A stretch of 34,117 nt of DNA from Bacteroidota bacterium (GCA_030824295.1 JAVBYA010000057.1:1-34117), one strand, 5' to 3'. Shown: positions 7,685 to 16,990, counted from the stretch's first letter. Numbers and translations: made by a program. The notes: generated from the sequence alone by a model not told the origin.

Positions 7685-8032
7685 ATGAAAACTTCCATCA
7701 TCACCACCATTGCGTTCACCGTTCTCTTCTCTCTCTCCCTCATCGCCGGTGATACCGTCAAAGAGACCGAATTCAAGGTCTCCGGCAACTGCGGCATGTG
7801 CAAAACGCGCATCGAGAAAGCGATGAAGATCCCCGAAGTGAAGTTCGCCAAGTGGGATAAGAAATCGAAGATGCTGAAGATCGCCTACACCGAGAACGCC
7901 ATCACCGCCGATTCCCTGCAGAAACGTCTCGCCTCCGTCGGTCACGATACGGAGAAGTTCAAAGCAGAGACTTCCGTGTACGAGAACCTTCCCGGCTGCT
8001 GCCTGTACCGCGACGGCGACAACACCCATTAA
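7685..8032 (+). CDS. Exported heavy-metal-associated (HMA/MerP-like) protein
   Basis: RBS AGGAG; signal peptide; FKVSGNCGMCKTRIE metal-binding loop; C-terminal YENLPGCCLY. Confidence 0.88.
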   Translation: MKTSIITTIAFTVLFSLSLIAGDTVKETEFKVSGNCGMCKTRIEKAMKIPEVKFAKWDKKSKMLKIAYTENAITADSLQKRLASVGHDTEKFKAETSVYENLPGCCLYRDGDNTH

Positions 8033-8110
8033 GAACAACCACTGTGCATGGTCCTTTCCGTCCGTCACTGCGACGGCGCGGACGGACCGTCCCATACCAT
8101 AAAGGAATCT

Positions 8111-10366
8111 ATGAGAACGATCATGATCATCCTCTTCACGGCGGTGTCGCTGCTGCAGGCGCAGCAACTGACCGGCGTCGTGCTAGAGAAGAGCGAGGAC
8201 GGACATTTCCATCCGATCATCGGCGCGAACGTGTACTGGCTGAACACCGCCAGCGGCACCACGACCGATACAAGCGGGGTCTTCCGTCTGCCGCTGAATA
8301 CCGAAAGCAACAGATTGGTGGTCGGCTACATCGGCTACACGTCCGATACCGTGACGATCGCGGACCAGTATAAAGTGAACATCATCCTGAAAGCGGAGGC
8401 GAACAGTGTTGCCGAAGTGGAAGTAGTGGGCGAACGTCAGAGCACGTTCGTGAACTACCTTTCCCCGCAGAAGACCCTCGTGATGACGGAGAAGGAGCTG
8501 TTCAAAGCGGCCTGCTGCAATCTCAGCGAAAGCTTCGAGACCAATCCCAGCATCGATGTGTCGTTCACCGATGCGGTGACCGGCACGAAACAGATCGAGA
8601 TGCTGGGACTCTCCGGCATCTATTCGCAGATCACGCTGGAGAACCTGCCGGCGGTGCGCGGTCTCACCTCGACCGTCGGGCTCACGTACATCCCGGGCAC
8701 CTGGATCGAGAACATTCAGGTCTCCAAAGGGGTCGGTTCCGTGGCCAACGGATACGAATCCATCACCGGCCAGATCAATGTGGAGCTGCGGAAACCGCAG
8801 AACCTGGAAGAGAAACAGTTCTTTCTGAATCTGTTCGGCAATCAGGACCAGAGAATGGAGGCGAACCTGAACCTCCGCACTCCGCTCACAGAGGAACTCT
8901 CGTCCATGACACTGCTGCACGCCAGCACACAGCGGGCGAAGCTGGACGGCAACAACGACCGTTTCCTCGACATGCCGCTCTACAGCACTATGAATATCAT
9001 CCAACGGTTCCATTATTCGGACCATGTGGGATGGGAAGGTCAGCTGGGAGTGCAGTACGTGGATGACCGGAAGCAAGGGGGCACTGTGAGCGGATACGAT
9101 CTGGACAAATCTGTCCTGACGGCGCGTCCCTGGGAGTATTCGTTCCGCATGGGCGGCGACCAGCTGCGGGTGTGGGGAAAGACCGGCTATGTCTTCCCGC
9201 AGAAGCAGTATCAGAGCATCGGGATGCAGTGGTCCTTTACGCGGAACCGGCAGAATTCCTTCTTCAATTCGCATGACTACAATGCGTACGAACAGTCCGG
9301 GTACGCGAACCTGATCTACCAGTCCATCTTCGACAACACCACGCACAAATTCCGCACCGGCGCCAGCTTCCTCTACGACCGGTACGACGAGACGTTCCAG
9401 CACGTGAGGTACGAGAGGACGGAGCGTGTTCCAGGTGCGTTCTTCGAGTACACCTATTCCCCCGGCGACGAGTTCTCCCTGATCGCGGGCGTGCGGGCGG
9501 ACCATCACAATCTCTTCGGCACGTTCACCACGCCTCGCATCCACATGCGGTACACGCCGCAGGAGGACTGGGTCTTCCGTGCGGTGGCGGGTCAGGGACA
9601 GCGGACGGCGAACATCTTTGCCGAGAACATGGCGTACTTTGCCAGCGCGCGGCATGTGAAGATCCTCCCCTCCAACACCAATGTGCTGTACGGATTGGAG
9701 CCGGAGCGGGCAACGAATCTTGGGTTCAACATGACGCACTACTTCCTGTGGGACTATCGGGAGGCGACGATCGCGGTGGACCTGTACCGGACCGATTTCC
9801 GGGACCAGGTCGTGGCGGATCTGGATACGGACGCGCAGGAGGTGCACTTCTATAATCTGAACGGTGAATCGTTCTCCAACAGCATCCAGGTGGAACTCAA
9901 CATCCAGCCGCTGGAGCTGCTCGATACGCGCATTGCGTACCGGTTCTATGATGTGCAGCAGACGGTGAACGGCACGCTGCGGGACCGGCCGTTCGTGGCG
10001 CAGCACCGTGCGTTCATCAATTTCGGATATGCGGAGCAGCGCGAGGAGGAGAGCGATGCGGCGATGTCGTATGACCTGACCGTGCAGTGGTTCGGCACAA
10101 AGCGGCTGCCGGACACGCAAAGCAATCCGACGGGGCTCCGCGCACGCGCCGAGTCGCCGAGCTTCGTTCTGGCGAACGCGCAGGTGACCCGTTCCTTCTT
10201 TGCCGGACTGGATCTCTATCTCGGCATCGAGAACATCACCGGGTTCCGTCAGGACGATCCGATCCTGGATGCGGCGAACCCGAACGGCGGATTCTTCGAC
10301 AGCGCGCTGGTGTGGGGTCCGCTCAACGGAAGAACAGCGTATCTCGGACTGCGCTGGAGGATGTAA
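8111..10366 (+). CDS. TonB-dependent receptor with a carboxypeptidase-regulatory-like N-domain (metal-associated type)
   Basis: RBS AAGGA and ATG at 8111; signal peptide; plug motifs KAACCNLSESFETNPSIDV and IENIQVSKGVGSV.NG.ESITGQIN; barrel C-terminus GRTAYLGLRWRM. Confidence 0.92.
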   Translation: MRTIMIILFTAVSLLQAQQLTGVVLEKSEDGHFHPIIGANVYWLNTASGTTTDTSGVFRLPLNTESNRLVVGYIGYTSDTVTIADQYKVNIILKAEANSVAEVEVVGERQSTFVNYLSPQKTLVMTEKELFKAACCNLSESFETNPSIDVSFTDAVTGTKQIEMLGLSGIYSQITLENLPAVRGLTSTVGLTYIPGTWIENIQVSKGVGSVANGYESITGQINVELRKPQNLEEKQFFLNLFGNQDQRMEANLNLRTPLTEELSSMTLLHASTQRAKLDGNNDRFLDMPLYSTMNIIQRFHYSDHVGWEGQLGVQYVDDRKQGGTVSGYDLDKSVLTARPWEYSFRMGGDQLRVWGKTGYVFPQKQYQSIGMQWSFTRNRQNSFFNSHDYNAYEQSGYANLIYQSIFDNTTHKFRTGASFLYDRYDETFQHVRYERTERVPGAFFEYTYSPGDEFSLIAGVRADHHNLFGTFTTPRIHMRYTPQEDWVFRAVAGQGQRTANIFAENMAYFASARHVKILPSNTNVLYGLEPERATNLGFNMTHYFLWDYREATIAVDLYRTDFRDQVVADLDTDAQEVHFYNLNGESFSNSIQVELNIQPLELLDTRIAYRFYDVQQTVNGTLRDRPFVAQHRAFINFGYAEQREEESDAAMSYDLTVQWFGTKRLPDTQSNPTGLRARAESPSFVLANAQVTRSFFAGLDLYLGIENITGFRQDDPILDAANPNGGFFDSALVWGPLNGRTAYLGLRWRM

Positions 10367-10374
10367 CGATCTTA

Positions 10375-10403
10375 CCGGGAAGGAGCTGACCGCTCCTTCC
10401 CGG
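10375..10403 (+). terminator. Hairpin after the TonB receptor
   Basis: CCGGGAAGGAGC-TGACC-GCTCCTTCCCGG, a 12-bp perfect stem. Confidence 0.6.
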
Positions 10404-10489
10404 CGGATTTACACTTGCTCTTCCTTATAATTCCCCGCACATTACGGCAGAAACTACGGACACTGTTCGTTGTCCAGGAGGAATACCTC

Positions 10490-10894
10490 ATGCCGATCAT
10501 CCTTCCTTTCCTTACCGTTCTTCTTCTTTTCCGTGGGTGCGACGCTGAACCGGCCGCCCCGGTGACCGATGTCCGGTACCGTCTGGGCGAAGCATTCACA
10601 CTCACCGTCGGCACGACTGCAACATTCAAGGATGAACCGCTCCAGCTCCGATTCATCAATGTACCGGCCGATTCCCGTTGTCCGGAAGGGGTCGTCTGCG
10701 TCTGGGCCGGGGATGCAGCGGTGCGGATCCAATTCACAGAGAGTGTCGATACATTGCACACTATGCATAACCCGAGCGAGGTCACCCGCGGTGCATACAC
10801 GGTGCGCATGCTGCAGCTCGATCCGTATCCCAAACACGGCGTTCCGCGGGACACGTCCGCATATGCTGCGCGGTTCGTGGTGACGAAGCAGTGA
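10490..10894 (+). CDS. Hypothetical lipoprotein with a DSRCP...C.WAG motif
   Basis: RBS AGGAGG; lipobox-like LLFRGC; DSRCPEGVVCVWAGDA. Confidence 0.75.
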   Translation: MPIILPFLTVLLLFRGCDAEPAAPVTDVRYRLGEAFTLTVGTTATFKDEPLQLRFINVPADSRCPEGVVCVWAGDAAVRIQFTESVDTLHTMHNPSEVTRGAYTVRMLQLDPYPKHGVPRDTSAYAARFVVTKQ

Positions 10895-10926
10895 GCAGAC
10901 ATCAATAATTTGACTAGGTGCTGAAC

Positions 10927-11784
10927 ATGAAACCAATGAACATTCTGCTGACGGTCATGGTTTTCGCATTGATCCTTCCTTCCTTGCTATTTGGTCAGCC
11001 AACCTATGGTTCATATCTGGAGCAGGAAAGCAGTCCGTTTAGACAATTCTATGGGGGAAATTACATTGACTTGCTTTCTCGTCAGCCAATCTCCGGTTCG
11101 TATCTAGAGCCGGAACATAGTCCGTTTGGACGATTCCATGGGGGCACATACTTTGAGAATATTAAGAGAGTGCTCTATCGCCCGATCGATGGATGGGTCG
11201 TGGTTCAAATGGTCACACTTCCTTCGTTTCAACCGGAACATGTCACGGGGATTTTTGAAAAGGATGAACGCTATTTTGTTTTTTCCGTTCGATCAACGAT
11301 CCATTTGTACAGATATCAAACGGTACAGTATATGGAACAAGGACAGGAAACGATCATCCACTCCCCCGATGAGCCGGATCTGGCCGCTGCACAGCGGAAA
11401 GAGATAAAAAAACTCAAACAGTCGTTGCCAAAAAAGATCGATGATGTGAAGATCGTATTTCATAAGGCTCCGCTCCCACGGGAACTGTTCGATGTGATCC
11501 ACAAAACATGGCGTGCCATTCTCCGCAGAACCCGGTACGGCGAGCACAACTCAGGCTTGGACGGTACGCGATATCATTTCATGGTATTTGAATCAGGGAC
11601 AGGGGAAATGAGCGGACAAACATGGTCTCCGTCTCCGGGAACAATCAATGACCGCTCCGTTCAGCTAGGATATCTATTGGAGGAGTATGCTATCGGCACT
11701 AATACTGCTGTCACCGAGAAAGCAATCAGAGCGCTCTGCGATACAATAATTACAATGATCTATAAAGAAATCGGACGCAAATGA
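10927..11784 (+). CDS. Hypothetical exported protein with a 29-aa tandem duplication; AT-richer than its flanks
   Basis: Signal peptide; 285-aa ORF; C-terminal GLDGTRYHF...TWSP segment. Confidence 0.75.
   Translation: MKPMNILLTVMVFALILPSLLFGQPTYGSYLEQESSPFRQFYGGNYIDLLSRQPISGSYLEPEHSPFGRFHGGTYFENIKRVLYRPIDGWVVVQMVTLPSFQPEHVTGIFEKDERYFVFSVRSTIHLYRYQTVQYMEQGQETIIHSPDEPDLAAAQRKEIKKLKQSLPKKIDDVKIVFHKAPLPRELFDVIHKTWRAILRRTRYGEHNSGLDGTRYHFMVFESGTGEMSGQTWSPSPGTINDRSVQLGYLLEEYAIGTNTAVTEKAIRALCDTIITMIYKEIGRK
10994..11167 (+). repeat. Two diverged 87-bp tandem units within the CDS
   Basis: GTCAGCCAA starts at 10994 and 11081; the protein units are QPTYGSYLEQESSPFRQFYGGNYIDLLSR and QPISGSYLEPEHSPFGRFHGGTYFENIKR. 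Confidence 0.85.
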
Positions 11785-12057
11785 TCGTTACAGTGCGCTG
11801 TTATGCTTGGTGCAGAGAAGTCTGTGGTGACGAAGCCGTGAGAAACAGAACAGAATCATGCCACAGATCTCACAGATGGAGCGAATGATTCTGTGTGCAA
11901 GGGAAGAGAAATTCCTCTCATCCACAAGAATATCAATATCAGAATACACATGAATATCGGCGGCGGATATTAACACTCTTCCGGTTCGAGCGGCGACACC
12001 TGCAGCATCCAATGCAGAACATTGTGCAGGAGCGCTCAGGATTTTATGCAGAAATAA

Positions 12058-12092
12058 AAAAGGCATTCCCTGCTTTGCAGAGAATGCCTTTT
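12058..12092. terminator. Bidirectional intrinsic terminator
   Basis: AAAAGGCATTC-CCTGCTTTGCAGA-GAATGCCTTTT with A/T tracts on both sides, between convergent genes. Confidence 0.8.
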
Positions 12093-12162
12093 GTGTATCG
12101 GGGGGTTCAGTGCGATCGGCCGGACGTTCAGAACAACGGTGAACTTCCGTTCCGCACAGAGG

Positions 12163-12744
12163 TCACTTCTTCATCTTCTTCACAAAGAACCGCTCCACCA
12201 CATTCGTGATGGCTTTGGAGATCGGTGTGACGACCTGGTCCGCACCGGAGGCGAGACCGCCGATGCTGGAGACCGTCCGCGCTTTCACCAGTTCCTTCTG
12301 CGTTGCCCCGTTCACGATCACCAGGTCGCATCCCACTTTCCCCATGCCTGCGAACGGCGCAAAGAAGAAGCGGAGCAATGCGCTCCCTTCGTTGTAATCG
12401 GTCAGCGTCACATTCAGCACCGCCACGGTGGAAGAATCACCGGTGAAGGCGGAGCGGCGGATAACGGCGCCGGACGTGAGCAGTTCCTTGTCCACCGGAA
12501 CGGCATCGTCCACGATGATGGTCTTGAAATACTCCAGGTCCTGGATCCGTTCTGCCGTTTCGCTCATGATGCTTTGGATGACTCGTCCGTCGATCTTGCC
12601 GATCACATCGTTCTTCATGGTGAGGACCATGAACTGTGTATACGGACCGAGCGGTTCGGTGGGCGGGGTGATGAGTTTCACCGGGGCGGCGCAGCCGGCC
12701 ATCAGCAGCAGCACGGCAGCGGTGAGGATGATACGTCGGTTCAT
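12163..12744 (-). CDS. Lipoprotein, DUF4410-like
   Basis: Lipobox LMAGC; TDYNEGSALLRFFFAPFAGMG segment resembling DUF4410. Confidence 0.7.
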   Translation of the reverse strand: MNRRIILTAAVLLLMAGCAAPVKLITPPTEPLGPYTQFMVLTMKNDVIGKIDGRVIQSIMSETAERIQDLEYFKTIIVDDAVPVDKELLTSGAVIRRSAFTGDSSTVAVLNVTLTDYNEGSALLRFFFAPFAGMGKVGCDLVIVNGATQKELVKARTVSSIGGLASGADQVVTPISKAITNVVERFFVKKMKK

Positions 12745-12755
12745 GGTGCGGACTC

Positions 12756-13754
12756 CTATGGGGTTGTGGATAAATGCAGTGAAACACCGAAGCGGTAGAA
12801 GAACCCGCTGAGATCGAGCGAGTAGTTCGGTACGTTGGTGCCGAGCACCTTCAGCTGGTCCACTTTGGCGCTCAGATAACCGAGTTCTGCGATCAAACCG
12901 AACCGCGGTCCGGTGCGGTACCGCACGCCGGCTTTCGGACGGAAGCCGACCACGTCTCCCGAACCGTCGAAATCCACACCATTCATACCGGTGATGCTTT
13001 CCGTTCCGGTAAGCAGGCCGATATCCGCCCCGCCGTAGATGAACGTTTCGGGAGAGGATGATGGTTGTCCGCCGATAAGAAGCGACCCGTAGGCAAAACT
13101 GTAGGTGACATGATCGTCGAACGTGGGACTGGTCGCACGGACCTCTACCGTCGGCGTGGAGAATCCTTCATACCCTGCTCCGATGATCACGTGACCGGAG
13201 AGCTCATAACCCGCTTCGATCCCAAAAAGATATCCCTGAGTCTGCACCACGCCGCCGGTGAATTGATTCTTCCAGTCATCCAATGCCGCATAATGATTGC
13301 TCACCTGCAGGGCAACATAGACCCCGCGGTCATCTGCGCGGAACACCGAAGCATCCTCTGCAACATTGGAGAAGTGCTTGCCGGTCCGAGGCAACTCCGA
13401 TACTTTGATCTCCCCGGACGCGTTGTAACGCAGATGCTCCACCGATGAACTCTTCACACGCCGCACGCCGACCGGCGTCGCGATCACAACATCGTCCCCT
13501 TCTTTTGCCGTTACCTTTCCGATGATCTCCTCGCCCGACTGCAGAACGACGACGTCGCTGTGCGTGAAGTTCACAGCGATGATCACCTCTTTGCTCAGTG
13601 CCACAGAAAGTGCACCGTCCGTGATGGTGATGGTGGAGTCGGTGGCGGCGCTGACCATCCCTTTATAGATGGTGCCGTCCCGGGTAACGATGATATCCGC
13701 AGCAAGAAACTGCACAGTGCACAGCACAACAGCGAAAAGTGAGCGAGTGAACAT
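12756..13754 (-). CDS. Outer-membrane beta-barrel protein with two N-terminal small beta repeats
   Basis: Signal peptide MFTRSLF...LAA; repeats DIIVTRDGTIYKG and DVVVLQSGEEIIG; alternating aromatic strands ending LSGFFYRFGVSLHL. Stop lies 11 bp before the lipoprotein start. Confidence 0.75.
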   Translation of the reverse strand: MFTRSLFAVVLCTVQFLAADIIVTRDGTIYKGMVSAATDSTITITDGALSVALSKEVIIAVNFTHSDVVVLQSGEEIIGKVTAKEGDDVVIATPVGVRRVKSSSVEHLRYNASGEIKVSELPRTGKHFSNVAEDASVFRADDRGVYVALQVSNHYAALDDWKNQFTGGVVQTQGYLFGIEAGYELSGHVIIGAGYEGFSTPTVEVRATSPTFDDHVTYSFAYGSLLIGGQPSSSPETFIYGGADIGLLTGTESITGMNGVDFDGSGDVVGFRPKAGVRYRTGPRFGLIAELGYLSAKVDQLKVLGTNVPNYSLDLSGFFYRFGVSLHLSTTP

Positions 13755-13797
13755 TCCGGTTCCTTTGGATGGAGTGAGATCAGAGAAATGCGGGAAA

Positions 13798-13826
13798 AGT
13801 GTAGCAGAAAATTGCGCGAGTAGCAA
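13798..13826 (-). promoter_or_regulatory. Sigma70-type promoter for the barrel/lipoprotein pair
   Basis: On the minus strand TTGCTA-17 bp-TACACT. Confidence 0.5.
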
Positions 13827-13887
13827 GATGAAAATTGATTCCGGACACGTGGGGCGGGAATTGCAGACTATCGATGTCCGTGCATGT

Positions 13888-14448
13888 TCACTGCTTGGAG
13901 TGCGGCGAGGGAGTGCGCAGATGGTCCAGCACGTGATTGGCGGTGAACGCCGCTTTGGACGGGAGTTCGGTCACTTTCAATGCTTCCAGGACCTTCTCTT
14001 CTTCCGGATAGAGGACGTGATGTTCGTGGAGTCCGTACAGCACATGATGCGCCGCTTCGCGGAGCGGGGCTTCATCGAAATGTTCCTCGATCTGTTCCAG
14101 CACGGGTGCCACGGCGTGATGTTCCAGTTCGATGAGTGCATCGGCAGCGACCCATCGGACATCCATATCGTCATCCGTGAGCAGCGCTGCCAGTTCATGC
14201 GCGGCGCGCGGATCGCGGATCTGTTCAAGCGTCTTGCATGCTTCCCAGCGGACCTGGCGGAGAGGATGATGCAATAGAGGCAGAAGGAACGGTACGGCGA
14301 CAGGGCCGATGCGGACGAGTGTTGAACGAGCGTTCAATCGCTTCGCTCCCTCCTGCGAGCAGAGCTGTTCGATGAACCGTTCCACGCAGAATGGTTCTGC
14401 GGGATCGTGCGGCGATGCGGATGATGTTGTTGCGCTGAGCGTTGACAT
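13888..14448 (-). CDS. HEAT/PBS-lyase repeat protein
   Basis: Repeats such as LLHHPLRQVRWEACKTLEQI and LLTDDDMDVRWVAADALIEL. Confidence 0.85.
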   Translation of the reverse strand: MSTLSATTSSASPHDPAEPFCVERFIEQLCSQEGAKRLNARSTLVRIGPVAVPFLLPLLHHPLRQVRWEACKTLEQIRDPRAAHELAALLTDDDMDVRWVAADALIELEHHAVAPVLEQIEEHFDEAPLREAAHHVLYGLHEHHVLYPEEEKVLEALKVTELPSKAAFTANHVLDHLRTPSPHSKQ

Positions 14449-14508
14449 ACCAGCTATTGTCCGGTTCGGAACGGTGTCACACGGACTCTGCGTGCATCGT
14501 TCTTACCG

Positions 14509-14539
14509 CAAAGGTATCCCTATTCTTGCGCGATGTCAA
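14509..14539 (-). promoter_or_regulatory. Promoter for the HEAT-repeat gene
   Basis: On the minus strand TTGACA-17 bp-TACCTTTG: a consensus -35, and a -10 that also fits the Bacteroidota TAnnTTTG element. Confidence 0.65.
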
Positions 14540-14597
14540 GGGAGCGGTTTGTCTTGAATCGGGCATTATCGGAGCAGTTACTCTGATTCTCGCATCA

Positions 14598-16391
14598 CTA
14601 TTTGAGCAGTGTCATCTTTATGGTGCGATGCTCACTGCCGTACTGAACACGCGCAAGATACGTACCGCCGGCAAGAGATGTTGCATCGAACGTGATGCGG
14701 TACTGACCGGGACGCGCGGAAGATTCTTCCAGAAGTTCCGCCACTTCCTGTCCGAGCATGGAGTAAACACGGACAGAAAGCGAGGCGCCGGAAGAGGACT
14801 GCGGCACGGCAAATTCAATAGTGGTGGATGGATTGAACGGATTCGGATAGTTCTGCCGCAGCGTGAATGTTTGCGGTATTGTGCCGGTCGGGATGATGCC
14901 GTTCGGCTTTGCTGCCGGGGCGAAGGTAACGGCAAAGATCCCTTCCGTTCCCGCCGGAATCCTCAGCTGGAGTGATGTGGAATCGAAATTCGTATACACG
15001 GCACCGTTCCGTTTCACACCGGCGATCTTCAGACTTCCGTCCGGCAGACCGACGGGACGGAGCCGCAGTGTGCGCGTATGCGGCAGTGCTGAAAAGCGGT
15101 AATGCAGCGTCGCCGGCTCTTTCTTGACAAGCAGCGAACCATACAGATAGGTGTAGTATCCGGTTTCGATGGAATGGTAGGCCGCTTTGCCGCCTCCCCC
15201 CTTGGTCGTTCCCCACTGTGTGATGAATCCGCCGTACTTGTTCGCGTTCTCGAATACATCACCGTACACATGGTCCACAAAATACTTCATGAAAAAGTCG
15301 AGCGATGCATCCGCCATGGTGCGATACTTCTCTTTGCCGGTGAGCTGATAGAGCATCAGACCTGCTGTGACCGCCTGTTCCATCTGCCACCACGCCTTCG
15401 CCGTATCGGTGATGCCCCACATCAGCATCTGTCCCGTCACACGGTTGTAGTCTTTGTACGGTCCGCCGTTCTGATGGTCGTATCCCTTCGCCATGACATT
15501 CTCCGCAAGCATCTCTGCGGTGGAGAGATAGACCGGGTTCGGGTCGAGCTGATAGATGCGTCCCAGACACCATGCGGTCTTCAGCACGTGGCCCATGATG
15601 GTCATCGTTTCGGATGGTTTGATGGTCCATGCTGAATTGTATTTCTCCGCAAAACCGATCTGCTGCGATGCTGCGGTGGAAGCGATACGGGAGACCATAT
15701 TGTCCGCCAGTTCCTGCAGCCGGAGCAGATACTTCTGTTCACCGGTCATCATATACAGATGCAGTACATGGGTGGTCACGGCATCGACCGTGGCATTGAA
15801 ACTCTTGTCCGCCGCACCGGTGCCGTTCGCTGCCACATAATCGAAGTATCCGAACGCCAGTCCATCCTTGTCCCACAGTTTCGCTTCGTTATAGTCGTAT
15901 CCCTTCATCAGCCACTGCCATTCCGCGGTGTCGCGGAGCGCTTCGTATGCCGCAGCGATACCAAGAAGCGCGTAGTGCTGATAGTAGGCGGTCTTGGCCG
16001 CATTGGGGCTGACGGGCGTGCCGGAGATGCCGAGATCGTTGATCCATCCGCCGTAGGTATCGTCCCACGAATGCTGATACATGAAATCGAGCGCGTAGCG
16101 TGCGTAGCGGAGATAGACGGTATCACCGGTCATCTGGAATGCACGGATGAACCCGTAGGCGTCGCGCGACTGGTTGAGGGTGTTCTTCAGCGAAGTGCCG
16201 AACGGACTCCCCTGCCGGTTGATATTCACAAAGAATCCGCCGTTCACCGGATCGTACGCCTTCATCCAGAACTTCGCACAGCTGTCCACATACCCGATGG
16301 TCATGGAGGTGTTCTGAAGATACTGCGACGTGAATGATGTCTGAGCTGCAGCGAACTGCAGAAGGAATGTCAGGATCAGGAGAAGCTTCAT
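14598..16391 (-). CDS. AGE/cellobiose-2-epimerase family (alpha/alpha)6 protein with a T9SS C-terminal sorting domain
   Basis: D..NGGFF, QSR..YGF, GHVLKTAW, KAWWQ.EQA and KAAYH motifs; signal peptide; C-terminal LRQNYPNPFNPST...KMTLLK. Confidence 0.85.
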   Translation of the reverse strand: MKLLLILTFLLQFAAAQTSFTSQYLQNTSMTIGYVDSCAKFWMKAYDPVNGGFFVNINRQGSPFGTSLKNTLNQSRDAYGFIRAFQMTGDTVYLRYARYALDFMYQHSWDDTYGGWINDLGISGTPVSPNAAKTAYYQHYALLGIAAAYEALRDTAEWQWLMKGYDYNEAKLWDKDGLAFGYFDYVAANGTGAADKSFNATVDAVTTHVLHLYMMTGEQKYLLRLQELADNMVSRIASTAASQQIGFAEKYNSAWTIKPSETMTIMGHVLKTAWCLGRIYQLDPNPVYLSTAEMLAENVMAKGYDHQNGGPYKDYNRVTGQMLMWGITDTAKAWWQMEQAVTAGLMLYQLTGKEKYRTMADASLDFFMKYFVDHVYGDVFENANKYGGFITQWGTTKGGGGKAAYHSIETGYYTYLYGSLLVKKEPATLHYRFSALPHTRTLRLRPVGLPDGSLKIAGVKRNGAVYTNFDSTSLQLRIPAGTEGIFAVTFAPAAKPNGIIPTGTIPQTFTLRQNYPNPFNPSTTIEFAVPQSSSGASLSVRVYSMLGQEVAELLEESSARPGQYRITFDATSLAGGTYLARVQYGSEHRTIKMTLLK

Positions 16392-16461
16392 GGAATGGTT
16401 CCGCAGAATGATTGCAATTGGGGGAATGTTTGATGAAATTTACAAAAAGAAAGAGGAAGAA

Positions 16462-16869
16462 ATGACGAAAAAAGCCGAGGTCCTTGCGATACTGACCGGT
16501 GTGGTCACATCGGTCACCGTACTGGTGATGCTCACCACCACATTCGATCTGCTGGAGAAGAAATACTTCCCCTCCTTCATGCTGGCACAGAAGTATGCAC
16601 TGCCGCTCGTTGTGGCGGCGATGGCGCAGGTCTTCCTGGCGTTCTTCGAGCCGGAGCGGCTCGTGCAGCGGAGCACCATCATCGTAATGCGGCTCGGGAT
16701 GCTCGTGATTATCGGGATCTTCTCCTACTATCTTACCACGCTCAATGCTGTGGACGAATCGCTCGCCACGCTCATCGTCTACGGTGCGCAGTGGCTCACG
16801 TTGCTCTACGGGACGATCGTGTTCTTCACAGCGAAGGCCCAGGCGGACGGCACCGTTCCGAAGACATGA
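16462..16869 (+). CDS. Small integral membrane protein (about 4 TM)
   Basis: RBS GAGGA and ATG at 16462; four hydrophobic segments. Confidence 0.75.
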   Translation: MTKKAEVLAILTGVVTSVTVLVMLTTTFDLLEKKYFPSFMLAQKYALPLVVAAMAQVFLAFFEPERLVQRSTIIVMRLGMLVIIGIFSYYLTTLNAVDESLATLIVYGAQWLTLLYGTIVFFTAKAQADGTVPKT

Positions 16870-16902
16870 TGTGACCGTCGGTATGCGGAGCTCCATGAAA
16901 CG

Positions 16903-16934
16903 GCAAAAGCCCGGACAACTGTCCGGGCTTTTGC
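16903..16934. terminator. Bidirectional intrinsic terminator
   Basis: GCAAAAGCCCGGACA-AC-TGTCCGGGCTTTTGC between convergent genes. Confidence 0.85.
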
Positions 16935-16990
16935 TTTGTAATAGTCAACCTTGCGAAGGTTGATTGGCGGTAGCATTGTCACCAATTATC

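Noticed and set aside
8183-10120. 645-aa antisense ORF (also 1426-2343, 4356-5474, 17069-18466, 20045-21562, 25454-26458 and similar)
   Set aside because: Shadow frames of well-supported genes in GC-rich DNA; no recognisable motifs.
11788-12209. Short ORFs 11788-12066 (-) and 11895-12209 (+)
   Set aside because: No RBS or family motif, both cross the terminator, and the apparent CxxC (ICEICG) comes from the CACAGAT repeat.
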